From Azolla caroliniana (taxonomy: Eukaryota; Plantae; Polypodiophyta): DNA of 64,000 nt. The stretch covers positions 4,340,001 through 4,404,000 of the forward strand of contig JBHGNT010000006.1 in assembly GCA_043228905.1 (NCBI GenBank). Direction: 5' to 3'. A model generated the notes under the pieces. That model searched no databases, was not told where the DNA came from, and was given only the letters and a program-made list of their open reading frames with translations. The translations under genes and the position numbers were made by a program. Of the stretch, positions 10,546 through 22,704 are shown piece after piece (position 1 is the stretch's first letter; each line of letters begins with the position of its first letter).

Positions 10546-13500
10546 ATAGGGCTTTTACAAGTAGGGGTTGTGATAGCCCGGACATGAAAGAAAACGCCAT
10601 AAATAATAATGTAAATAAAGATATTCCTTGTACAATCTCATCTAGTGGTGCTACTTTTATACTAGAGGCCGATAATAATAAAATATAAAATACTTTCAAG
10701 TACTTTAAGTATTCTGGATTAATAGATAATGATGAAGAAATTCAAGATATGTTTGAAGAATTAAGTTTCGAAGATACAATAAGTCATTTGGAAGCAATGG
10801 AGGACGAGAAAGAAATTCAAGTTCCTGTCCATTCTATCAAGATGTACGAGGTCATTGAAGAAGTTGCTCGAAAGGATCATGAGGCATATGTGATGACAAA
10901 GTACAAGAAAATGGAGAAGAAGGTTCGTCCTATTGTTGCTCCACTTCCAAGGGATAGTGAAAGGGCAATCAAAGAAGTTGTTGCAAAGCCAATGATCAGA
11001 GACCCACGAAAGGTAGGACATGCATTTACTCCGAAAACAATACAAGGGATGAAAATAGGAGGGGGTGACTTCCTATTACCTGCTGAAGAAAAGCAGTTCA
11101 GGGAGATGTTAAAAAGGCATGGAAAGGCGTTTGCATTCCAACCGGAGGAAATAGGGTGTGTGGATCCAGAAATTGTGGAGCCCATGGTTATATTCACTAT
11201 CCCTCATATTCCATGGAACTTTAAGCCAATACCCATGCCTAGGGCTAGAATCCCTCAACTATTAGAACTTTTGAAAGAAAAGATAAGGATGGGTATCTTG
11301 GAACCATCGAACGCTCCTTACTCGAGTCGATGGTTCACTGTGTTAAAGAAAGATGGGACACTCCGATTTATCCAAGATATGCAACCCGTGAATAAGGTAA
11401 CAATCCGAAACTCGGGAGTAGGGCCAATTGTGGATGAGTTTGCTGATATGTTTGCATGAAGAGCTATATATTCAATGGGAGACCTTTATTCCGAGTATGA
11501 TCAATTTCAACTTGCTATCAAAAGTCGAGATATAACTTCTATCAAGACACCTATAGGGTTAGTACGGATGTGCACCTTGCCGCAAGGAGCGACCAACTCA
11601 GTGGCGCATATGATGAATGGAATGAACAAGGTACTTCGTGATTTTATTCCCCATATTACAATGCCTTGTTTAGATTATGTTCCAATTAAGGGATGCAAGG
11701 AGAAAGAGAAGAACGAGGAATAGGACGAAAGTGGTTGCCGTCAATTCATTGTTGATCATATCCAGGATTGTGAGAAGGTGCTATCAAGGATGGAAGAAGT
11801 GCATTTGACCTTATCAAGGGCGAAGTCAATATTTGGGGCAAAAGAGATATTAATAGTTGGTCATATGTGTGGCCCGTACAGGAGAAAGCCATCCCCAACC
11901 AAGGTCAATGCAATTCAAAATATGCAAGAGGAATGTACGTCCGTCTCAAAAGTACGAAGGTTTCTGGGGGTGTGTTTTTTATTGTAAATGGATTCCACAT
12001 TATGCCCATTTATCTGAACCTTTATATAGACTCCTAAGAAAAGGAGAGACATTTGAATGGAGTGAAGAGCATTCAAAGGCATTGAAGAAATTGAAGTACT
12101 ACTTTGCACAAGCTCCACCGTTAAAGCAACCAGACTACACCCGGACCATATATCTCACATTAGACTCTAGTCCCATTGGAATTGGATGGGTGATAAGCCA
12201 ACAAGATAGGGAAGAAAGGTATCCAGTCCAATTCGGGGCAAAGGTTCTTAGTGGTCGACAAAGAAAATATGCACAGGTGAAAAGAGAGCTATGGGGGATA
12301 GTAACAGCAGAAAAGACAAACAGAGATTACTTAATTGGTGTTGAAGTAATAATAGAAACAGATTGTTTGCCTATTCTTGGTATCATAGCTAATTGTGATA
12401 TTCCAAATCAAGCCATGTTAAGATGGTGTATCTATATTAGATCAGTCAACCCTAACGTTCGACATATTTCTGGGAATAGAAATGCAGTAGCAGATGTGTT
12501 ATCAAGAGCAAGGTATGAGGAAGAGGAGATTCCAAACTCGGACGATGAGGACAAAGAACAAACAGTCCTTACCACAAGCATTACCCGGGAAGGAGGAATG
12601 CAGTTTCTAGAAGAGGAGTATGAAGAAGAATTCAAGGAAATAGGGAAATACCTACAAACCCCTGACATGTACAAAGGTCGATCTAGAAAAGAGTTCGCAA
12701 AGTTTCGCAAGAAAGCCCATAATTTCTTCCTGCATGAAGGATATCTATGGCGACATCCAAAAACCAAGACTGGAAACCCGCAAAGAGTAATAGGTTCTGA
12801 AGGGCAAAGAAAGGAGATAATCAGAGAGTTGCATGACAAAGAATGGGCTGGTCATCGAGGAGTGTGGGCCACTTTCAGTAAGATTAAAGAACGGTTTTGG
12901 TGGCCTCGATACTATGAGCAAATAAAAAAGTATGTGGAAACTTGTCCCACTTGTCAATATTATTCAAATGTAAAATTTTGTGATGAATTACACCCAACAT
13001 ACTCACCAGGGGTGCATTACAAGTGGATGATAGATTTGGTAACAATGCCACTTGGAGTAGGACAAAAGAGATACTTGGTTCTTACTAGAGGAGATCTAAC
13101 AAATCAAGTGGAAGGTCGTTCATTGCGAACAAAAGGGACATTAGGAGTATGTCAATTCATCTTGGAGGACATTGTTTGTAGATATGGATGTATCGGGAAG
13201 ATAGTGGCAGATAGGGGAGAACTCAATTCTGCGAAAGCTCAAGAATTTTTCGACAAAATAGGAATTCAACTTTCTTTGACAACGGCGTACAATCCAAAAG
13301 CTAATTGAAAGGTAGAAAGGGGACATGGGCCAATAGTCAAAGCTTTGGCAAAGGCATGTAGAGGACGGGTTAGTGATTGGCCAAAAACCTTACCCTATGC
13401 AGTATGGGCTGATAGGACAACTCACAACATTGTTACTGGATATATGCCTACAGAATTAATCAGAGGACAGAAGCCAATAATGCCAATTGAAGAAAAGATA

Positions 13501-13998
13501 ACTAAATGGGTTGTGTTGCCTTGGGAATCCGAAATGAGTAGGGAAGATTTACTTGCAGTTCGAATACGACAACTTCAATCAAGGACAGAAGACATAGAAA
13601 AAGCAGCTACTAGATTGAAAGAGGCAAGAATCAAGAATAAAGGCAGATTTGACAAGCTGAAAAGAATACGACCAAGAAAGGTGCAAGAGGGAGATTGGGT
13701 ATTAGTATATGATAGTATCCTAGATAATCAATACAGTACTATTCGGAAGTTTGTGAAAAGATGGTTTGGACCTTCTGAAGTTAGGAAAATAACAGATAAA
13801 GCCACATATTTCCTCAATGAATTAGATGGGACAGAAATTTGTATCCCAATTGCAGGAAAAAAGATTAAAATATTTAAAATGAGGGAGTCATTAGAGCCCG
13901 AATTTTATGAAGAAGTAGAAGAACTAAAAGAATCGGAAGAAGTGTTGGATGAACTCTGCACAACCAATGTGCAAGTTCAGAGGGGGTGGATGTCGTGA
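10536..13998 (+). pseudogene. Gypsy pol (RT, RNase H, integrase)
   Basis: Motifs YSSRWFTVLKKDG, LPQGATNS, LDSSPIGIG (RNase H), HHCC, IVADRGE; multiple stops. Confidence 0.92.
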
Positions 13999-14896
13999 AG
14001 AATGTGCTTCACGATATAAAAATGAGCTTAAATGTTGTACTTAATAATATTTGAAAGACTTGAACCCACATCCTTATATACGAAGTACAATGTACATACC
14101 ACTAGGCTACGCTATTTATTTGTAAAAGTGTGTAATAAATGTGCTTCATGATATAAGAATGAAGCTATATATTGTATTAAGTAAAATTGAGGGACTTGAA
14201 CTCTCAACCTTGTATGCCAAACACAAAGTATACACCACTAAACTAGGTTAGTTATTTTAGAATGCATTTTCATCATTATACTTATCCCATATCTATTCTC
14301 ATACATTGGAGCTCAAGTGAGCATGATGGCTACCATGCATCACGTGCAATACATGTGCGCCAAATGGTGATCATGCTTTACATGTAACTCATGCATTGCA
14401 TGCATGCCATGCTCCCATACATTACCATATGCATGGCAACAGTTATATAAAGAGGGGCAAGGAAAACAAAGATCATCAAGAGAGAGTGAGAAAATAATAC
14501 AATCAAGTAGAGAAGACTAGCTCATTGGGTAGAGAACCTCTCGTTTCGAAGTTGAGGTCGTGGGTTCAAATCAAGGGTCGGTAGAGAATGGGTTCAGTTT
14601 GCGATCAAGGATTGTAAAGTTGGTAAAATATTGTCTTTTTAATATACATCATGTTTATATCAAATACTCTTGCTTTTTAAATCATACTTTCTCTCTATCT
14701 TGCTTCTTGAATCATATATTGTCTCTATCTTCTATCGATTCTTGTCTCTCTCTCTCACACACATTACTCGTAACTTTCTTGCTATTCTTAACCTTTCTAA
14801 CATCACCATAGAAGCCTTATTAAAATTTAAGTTCCTTCAACTCCCCTTAACCTTAGTCCCTGCGACTTTGCCGCACGAACCACAACTACCCCGACA
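13991..14896 (+). repeat. Gypsy 3' LTR (carries the same three tRNA-like cassettes)
   Basis: TGTCG...CGACA termini; aligns to 2035-2928. Confidence 0.92.
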
Positions 14897-15061
14897 CCGT
14901 ATCTCAGAATCATCCGTTGTATAAGAACCATCTATTCAATTTAGGGTTTTAATAGATAGTGGTTTATACTTCTATTTAAACTGACTGAAAAACTCTCTGT
15001 TAACCCTATCCTAATTTTTTGACTAGGAAATTGTATTACACTTGTAGAAATACAAGGCTCT
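14897..15061 (-). mobile_element. Sliver of the host LINE ORF2 between the two LTR-element insertions
   Basis: Minus strand reads ..DRVNREFFSQFK*KYKPLSIKTLN*IDGSYTTDDSEI, resembling the L1 post-endonuclease GDxNTKFF...I..L...DG motif; contiguous with 26587 across the Copia-2 TSD. Confidence 0.6.
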
Positions 15062-15714
15062 TGTTAGGATCTCGGTCCCTCTGGATGGGATACAAAGGCC
15101 CGGCATCGGCAGACCCGGTGAGAACCGGATGATGCAGACCCGGTGAGAACCGGATGACGAGTACCCGACAAGGAAGACCCGGTGAGAACCGGATGACGAG
15201 TACCCGGCAAGGAAGACCCGGTGAGAACCGGATGTTGCAGGCCCGGTGAGAACCTCCCATCGTGTGAAAGGGACATATATGTAAATATGTTCCAGAGAGC
15301 CCACTGGGGCTATATTTGTAAATAGCCCGAAAGTCATATTAGGATAAATATGACCTAGGGAAAACTCAATGGAGATGATGATAGAGTTATTGATGTAACT
15401 TCTGTACAATGCGTAAGAGTGAGAGAGAGAGCGATATACAGAGATTATGTCTCTGTTGTAACCGTCGCTAGGCGAAGATTGTGAGCAACAGGTCATTGCC
15501 TCTGTGCTCCCTGTTGTATTACTTGACATAGTGATAGTTTGGAGTCAGTGGAGTCCTGTGTTTTTTCCCTCTCAGGGTTTTCCACGTTAACATCCTGTGT
15601 ATTCTCTTTCTGTTTAGTGTACTTACCTCCATTCCCCTTTCTTCTATGTTTTATTGTCATCAAGTGATCTACGTTTTGGTTGTAGCCGGAGATTATTCCG
15701 CTTATTTCTCGTCA
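15062..15714 (+). repeat. Copia-2 5' LTR with 25/39-bp GACCCGGTGAGAACCGGATG tandem units
   Basis: Aligns to 26052-26586, which has fewer units. Confidence 0.92.
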
Positions 15715-15745
15715 AATTGGTATCAGAGCAAAACGACACAAAAAA

Positions 15746-16416
15746 ATGGACGATTCGTTGGGAGGCATGTTCAAGCTCACCGGCTCCAACTACTCAATGT
15801 GGAAGTCGAAGATGAGGGACATGCTCGTGGTTAAAGATCTTTGGTTGTCGGTTCAGTTCGGGGACAAGAGACTGGACAAGATCAATGCCACGATATGGGA
15901 GGTGATGCACATGAAGACAACGGCGTACATATGGTGCTTCATCGACATGAGCCTATACAACAACTTCAATGAAGAGAGCAAGGCTCATGAGCTATGGGAG
16001 AAGATCGGCATTATGTTTCAGAACAAAAATGTTGTTAATCAGGTTTCGGTATTTCGGAAGTTAGTAAGACTCTGGTACCAAGATGGCTCCAGCATGGCGG
16101 AGTACATGAATGCCTTCCAGGGACTGATCCACCAGGCAACATCATTGGAAGTACCTCTCGCCGATGAGGTACTAGCACTACTCCTACTCGGTTCCCTCCA
16201 AGATAGCTGGGAGACGTTGGTTATCACTTTGGGCAACGCCAGGCCTAAAGGGAAACGGTTATCCCTAGCAAGAGTGAAGTCCAGCTTGCTAGATGAGGAG
16301 GCGCGTCGGAAAGACAAGGATACAAGTTCCGACTCCAAAGCATTCCTTACCGAATCGGAATGCGGAAGACAAAGGAACCGTAGTCCCCAGAACCGGGAAA
16401 AGTCAAGGACACGGTC
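15746..16416 (+). pseudogene. Copia-2 gag, N-terminal part
   Basis: MDDSLGGMFKLTGSNYSMWK...LLLLGSLQDSWETLV; continues at 22705 after the chromovirus. Confidence 0.88.
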
Positions 16417-16895
16417 TGTCATGATATGGCAAGACTCGAACCCATGACCTTATGGTATATGGGTCGAGCTCTTAACCATCACACATTCATAGGATATTAT
16501 TTTCATTTATGTTTTATTAGAAGAAAGTAATGTATATTCCAGATTTCTCTGGAACATTCTAGAAGTTTCAGGATTACTCCTAACAACACTATAAAAGAAG
16601 GCACTAGACATTATGTTGAACCAAATTGGTTCAACGCCAATCTTAAGCCTCTTAGCCGCTTTGTACTTATCTTTTCACATAATATATTAGCTGTTGTCAT
16701 CATCTTTCTCTCTCTCTCATCCTCGCTATCTCTCTCTCCTCTTCTCACTTCCTCTCTCGGGAATCTCACGCAATCCCGTCTTCTTAGTACTAATAGTACT
16801 TCTCTTATTAGTACTAATTCCATCTCTGCTTTAGTACTATTCCTGACAGTTTGAACCAATTTCTCTTCCTTTCCTCCTACCCTTTTCCCTATACT

Positions 16896-17900
16896 ATGGC
16901 TACTGTTAGTGCCCAAGAATATCAATCCGTTTTCTCCGAGTTACAGTGCCTAAAAGAAAAGATTGTTGCCCTGGAACAAGAAAACCAACAGTTGATAGGG
17001 GATCTGCAACAAATCGCTCTCGAAAAACAACAAACGCAACAACAACATGGGGAGTTAGCGTTACGGGTACAACAACTCGAAGCAGCGTTGCAACAACAAG
17101 GATCAAGTCCCCAAGGATTTCATAAAGAGCCCAAGATTGGACTTCCTGTGAAATTTGATGGAACACGATCGCAATTCCGGGGATTCCTTAATCAGGTACG
17201 CTTAGTCATCCAGATGCATCCTTCCCGATATCCCACTGATGCATCTCGAGTTGGCCTAATAGGCACGTTACTTAGCGGCTCATCCTTGGCATGGTTTGCT
17301 CCACTTCTAGAAAAAAAATCACCCTTGCTTAATAACTTTGAAGATTTTATTGATGAGTTTAAAGCCTGCTTTGGAGATACCGACAGCATCAGGACGGCGA
17401 TCAACAAGATCCGAAGATTGCGTCAAGGCGATCGTCCAGCCTCGGCCTACGCGGCAGATTTCCGTCTACTCGCCTCAGATATCCCCTGGGATGATCAAGC
17501 CCTCATGGAGCAGTTTCACTACGGCTTGCACAACGATGTCAAAGACTTGCTTTTAACCTTCCCCGAGGAACCAAAGTCTCTTACGGAGGCAATCAGTCGA
17601 GCGGTCCGATGCGACAACCGCCTTTTCGAACGGCGTTCGAAACGTCAGTTACAAATACCACGCTCTCGGCCGGAACCCACATACGCCTCAGTCACGGCTA
17701 AACCGTTTTCACGCGATGTACCTCAAGCCAATATTCCAACACCAATGGAGATCGACACCATGCGTCGACGCGGCCCATTATCGGAAGAAGAAAAGCAACG
17801 ATGACGTGCCAATCGATTATGTCTTTATTGCGGTGGACCAGGGCATATCACCATCAATTGTCCCCATAGGCCAAGAAGACAGGTAAATCAAATCGTCGCC
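16896..17900 (+). pseudogene. Chromovirus gag (capsid and CCHC), premature TGA at 17802-17804
   Basis: Motifs PVKFDGTRSQFRGFL, LRQGDRPASAYAADF, PMEID, then CLYCGGPGHITINC after the stop. Confidence 0.88.
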
Positions 17901-17978
17901 TGTACTAAACCCGAGTCAATTATTCCCTTCGGAGTGTCTGATAGTATTAATAGTACTAATAGGGTGTCAGATAGTATT

Positions 17979-19507
17979 TGTTACCGGCCGGCAAAGGAGT
18001 TCAAAGTGGGAAACGGAGAGTTAATTAAGTAATAGGAATGTGGTTGTAATTAAGCTATGAGTGTGGACGGATGGACCGGAAACGGTGTGCCGTTCCGGAT
18101 CCGGACCGATCCCGAACAGGTGCGGATGGCACCGTTTTGTAATACAGATTGGAAACCTATTTAAAGGCCCGGATACAATGTAATAGTTAGCGGTTAATTA
18201 ATGAAAGCTTAAGCATTGTTATCTCTCTGTGTTAATTGCCGTTATGTCTTAATTGTTATATCTTACGCGTGTGTTATGAAAGACGATCATAATAAGTAAC
18301 TTAACCAAGTAGGATTAAGCGTTGAAGTCTAATCCGGTTGCCGTAACACCCTTTGGTGAAGTGTCTCCCGTAGACACCGTGTGTTAGGCCATTGTCCGGC
18401 CCGAAGAGTTAACACAGTTTTTGGCGACCACGATTCCTGTTTTTGCAGCGAACGACGGCACGGATGGATGTCTAGATCAACGCACGACCTGGCTATAGAT
18501 TGAACTCGACGCCTTGCCGAAAGGCAAAGGAGACGCGAGGCTTTCCAGCAAGCGTCGTAGGAAATTAGAGCGGATCGCTCGTTTTCCAACGTAATCCGGA
18601 GAGTAGTGGAGGACTCCCTCTGGTTACAGCAAACATCGCACCCGGACGATGGCAGCAGCCTAAGCAGCCTCCGGGAAACCGAATCCATTCTCCACGCGTT
18701 GGCAAACGAAGAAGGCGAAGCAGAAGCCTTTTCAGCATATGAATCGGACTTCGAAGGGGAATACAGCGTGCACACGAACTACCGTAGCAGCAACGAAACC
18801 CCAGGCGGACCGGAGGACGAAGGATCGGATACCTTACCGACACCGGAACCGGAAGTGCTAACGCTGGAACCCCCGGAACCAGTAGAGGAAGAGCGACCTC
18901 CGACACCAGAAGTCGAAGAGGAGAGGCTTCTGTCACCAAAGGAAGAGGAAAAACCACCAACGCCGGAAACAAATCGAGGAAGACCACCCACACCGGAGAA
19001 GATTCTGGAACGAGCACCAACACTACCAGCCCGCGCACCAATACCGGACGACGACATGCCGTTCCAGTACTCCAAGTGTAGAGATGATCCGGACGCGGAA
19101 GCTCATGTGCACGCCTTTGAACAAACATGGGAAGCCAACCATGTGTCCCAGCGATTGACCCCGGAGGAAGAAGAACGCTCTAAGATAGCGGAATTTGGCG
19201 TCACATTGGAGGGACCGGCAGCAAGATGGCGCCGGACGCAGGACCTGTCTACCATCAACACCTTTGCAGATTTAAAAGCTAAATTCTTGCATTTTTTTCA
19301 AAAGGAGGTGGACCAAACCGTAATGGTAGGCTTATTTTATACCATCCGGCAAGAGGCAGGGGAGAGCATTCCCCAATTTGTCATCCGGTTTCAACGGATG
19401 CATAGTCAGCTTGCCCGCGCACCCCCGGAAGAGGAATTACGGACTATATTCCTAAACGCGCTCCGGGAACCCCTACGCACGGTTTGCACGGTAATCGACT
19501 TCCGCAC
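17979..19507 (+). mobile_element. Truncated third Gypsy element (5' LTR, tRNA-Arg-type PBS, gag N-terminus), Tat/Ogre-like
   Basis: TGTTA...TAACA LTR at 17979-18414 with TATTTAAA; TGGCGACCAC PBS at 18422; Pro/Glu-rich leader then gag motif IRQEAGESIPQFVIRF; abrupt junction to chromovirus RT at ~19508. Confidence 0.72.
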
Positions 19508-22246
19508 AAGAAGAAAGATGGCTCACTTCGTCTCGTCGTTGATTACCGCGGATTGAATAAGGTCACCATCCGGAATAGGTATGCACTTCCTCTTATATCA
19601 AGTCTTTTGGAGCGAGTTAATGGTGCCAAGTTTTTTACCAAAATCGATCTACGAGGAGCGTATAACCTCGTGCGGATCCGACTGGGAGATGAATGGAAGA
19701 CCGCCTTTCGCACGTGATATGGGCATTTCGAGTATATTGTTATGCCGTTTGGCTTAACCAATGCACCCGCAGTCTTCCAACACATGGCAAATGATATATT
19801 CAGAGACCTCTTGGATATCTGTTTGATCATCTATCTGGATGATCTACAGATTTATTCGAAGACCCAGCAAGAGCACGATTCTCATGTACTATTAGTACTA
19901 AAACGACTCCGCGAGAATGGTCTTTATGTCAAGCTAGAAAAATGTAGCTTTGACTGCAAGCAAGTGGAATTTCTAGGCTACGTCATCTCCTCAAAGGGCA
20001 TCGCCATGGATCCAGCTAAAGTCCAAACTGTACTAGAGTGGCAAATTCCACGGTCGGTACGAGATGTACAATGTTTTCTAGGTTTTGCTAACTTCTACCA
20101 TAAGTTTATACAGGATTACTCGAAGATTATTTTACCCCTCACACAACTTACGAAGAAGGGCCAAGCATTTCTTTGGTCCATTGAAGCAGATATGGCTTTT
20201 CGGCATCTTAAGAAAGCCTTTACATCAGCACCGATTCTAGCTCATGTGGATACCAGCAAACCATTCATCATGGAGGCTGACGCTTCAGATTTCGCTCTCG
20301 ATAGCATCCTTTCTCAACAAGGAGATAAAGAAGAGTTGCATCCGGTGGCTTTCCATTCGCGCAAATTCGATGTCGCGGAAATCAACTACGAAATACATGA
20401 CAAGGAGTTATTAGCCATCGTGGATTCATTTGTGCAATGGCAGCATTTCTTAGAGGGCTCTCCACATCAAGTCATTGTCTTTAGTGATCATAAAAATCTT
20501 GCTTATTTCCGGAACGCTCGTGTACTAAATCGACGGCAAGCTCGGTGGGCGCAATTCCTCACGCATTTCGACTTCAAAATCACATATCGATCGGGGAAGC
20601 GGCAAGGAAAATCAAATGCACTATCACGGCGTTCGTATCTTGCACCTCGTCCTGGTGATCCAACATTTGATAATCAAAAGCAAGTAATCTTGGGACCAAC
20701 ACGATTGCACACGACACGGATTTTTCACACCCCAATGGATTCACGGATTACCGATGACATACGTGCAAACTTGAAGACGGATAGCTTTGCTCAAGACATC
20801 CTAGCGCACATTGATACTTCTCGGGCATCCTGTTCTCAGTCTCAACAACCAGGTATTGACTACCGACAATTCGAATATCATAATGGTTTGTTATTCTTTA
20901 AAAAGCGCGTATATGTCCCCGATTGCTCCTGTCGCCTTCAAATCGTCCAGCATTGTCACGACACCCATACAGCGGGACATTTCGGTAGTACTAAGACATT
21001 GGAGCTAGTGCAACGATCTTTTTGGTGGCCCCACATGCGCCGTTTTGTTGACGACTACGTTCGAACCTGTGATGCTTGCTGTCGAGCAAAGATGCCACGA
21101 CACCATCCATGTGGCTTGTTGGAACCCTTACTGATTCCAAGTAAGCCGTGGCAGTCTATTTGTCTTGATTTTATCACAGATCTACCGGTCTCACAGGGGT
21201 TTGATGCTATCTTAACCGTTGTCGATCGATATACGAAGATGGCACATTTCAATCCGTGTACTAAGGCCATCACTAGCGAGGAAACCGCCGCCCTAGTCAT
21301 GCGTGAGGTATTTCGGCATCATGGCCTCCCAGACAGTATCATCAGTGACCGAGGACCGCAATTTGTCTCCAAATTTTGGCAGCATCTCTTCAAGATGCTC
21401 AAGGTCTCTTGCAACCTCTCCTCCGGCTACCATCCTCAGACCGATGGGCAGGCGGAACGAACAAACCAAACACTGGAGCAATATCTCCGGTGTTTCCTGA
21501 GTTATCAGCAAGACGATTGGGCCAAGATTCTCCACTTTGCGGAGTTTGCGTATAATAATGTTGTTCACTCTTCGACTCGAGTCTCCCCATTCTACACTTA
21601 TACCGGTTCTCATCCTCGTTGGTCGGTGATCGACACCCCGGAACTACCTACCAATCCTCGTGCCGGGGATCATTTGGAGAGACTACGCAAGATCCAGATA
21701 GATCTCTCGACTCATCTTCGTCATGCTCAACAGACACAGAAGACTTACGCGGATCGTCATCGGCTTCCCTCCTCTTTTGCCATCGGAGATCGAGTATGAC
21801 TCTTACGTCGTCACATCAAGACTACTCGACCGTGCGACAAGTTGGATTATCAACGACTCGGTCCTTTCCGTATTACGGGTAAGGTTAATGATGTCACATT
21901 CCGCCTTTATCTCCCTCCACAGCTTCAGATACATCCAGTTTTCCATTGTTCTCTTCTTGAACCTTATAAAGCCAACACCATTCCCGATCGTGTTACACCA
22001 CCGCCGCCCCCACTCGAGTTGGACGCCGGCCCGGAGTATGAAGTTGCTGCCATCCTCGATTCCAAACTTCTTCGCAACAAACTTTATTATTTGGTCGATT
22101 GGCTTGGTTATAGTCCGAGCGAACACACTTGGGAACCCATCGAGCATGTTGTCAATGCTCAGGATCTGCTTGCCGATTTCCATCGAAAGTATCCGGACAA
22201 ACCCGGTCCACAATCAGCACTGACTCGTTCCACTCGTCGTCTTTAA
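19508..22246 (+). pseudogene. Chromovirus pol (RT, RNase H, integrase, chromodomain)
   Basis: Motifs [51 protein letters not shown]; stops at 19715 and 21797; protease is missing. Confidence 0.93.
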
Positions 22247-22704
22247 GGGGGAGATAGTGTCATGATATCGCAAGACTCGAACCCATGACCTTATGGTATA
22301 TGGGTCGAGCTCTTAACCATCACACCATCTATTGTAATTCATAGGATATTATTTTCATTTATGTTTTATTATAAGAAAGTAATGTATATTCCAGATTTCT
22401 CTGGAACATTCTAGAAGTTTCAGGATTACTCCTGACAACACTATAAAAGAAGGCACTAGACATTATGTTGAACCAAATTGGTTCAACGTCAGTCTTAAGC
22501 CTCTTAGCCTCTTTGTACTTATCTTTTCACATAATATATTAGCTGTTGTCATCATCTTTCTCTCTCTCTCATCCTCGCTATCTCTCTCCCTCTTCTCACT
22601 TCCTCTCTCGGGAATCTCACGCAGTCCCGTCTTCTTAGTACTAATAGTACTTCTCTTATTAGTACTAATTCCATCTCTACTTTAGTACTATTCCTGACAC
22701 GGTC

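Larger units (their letters stand above)
1..14896 (+). mobile_element. Tandem Ty3/Gypsy (non-chromovirus) LTR retrotransposon array: partial internal copy, shared LTR, full internal copy (interrupted by a Copia), LTR
   Basis: 1-2034 is a near-identical copy of 11105-13990. Both copies end in a PPT (AGAGGGGGTGG) followed by the same ~900-bp LTR (2035-2928, 13991-14896). Domain order is gag-PR-RT-RH-INT. Confidence 0.93.
16417..22699 (+). mobile_element. Ty3/Gypsy chromovirus (Tcn1/Tf1-like), degenerate
   Basis: LTRs 16417-16848 and 22258-22699 (TGTCA...TGACA); perfect TSD CGGTC; PPT AAGGGGGAGATAG; C-terminal chromodomain EYEVAAILDS...YLVDWLGY...TWEP. Confidence 0.95.
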
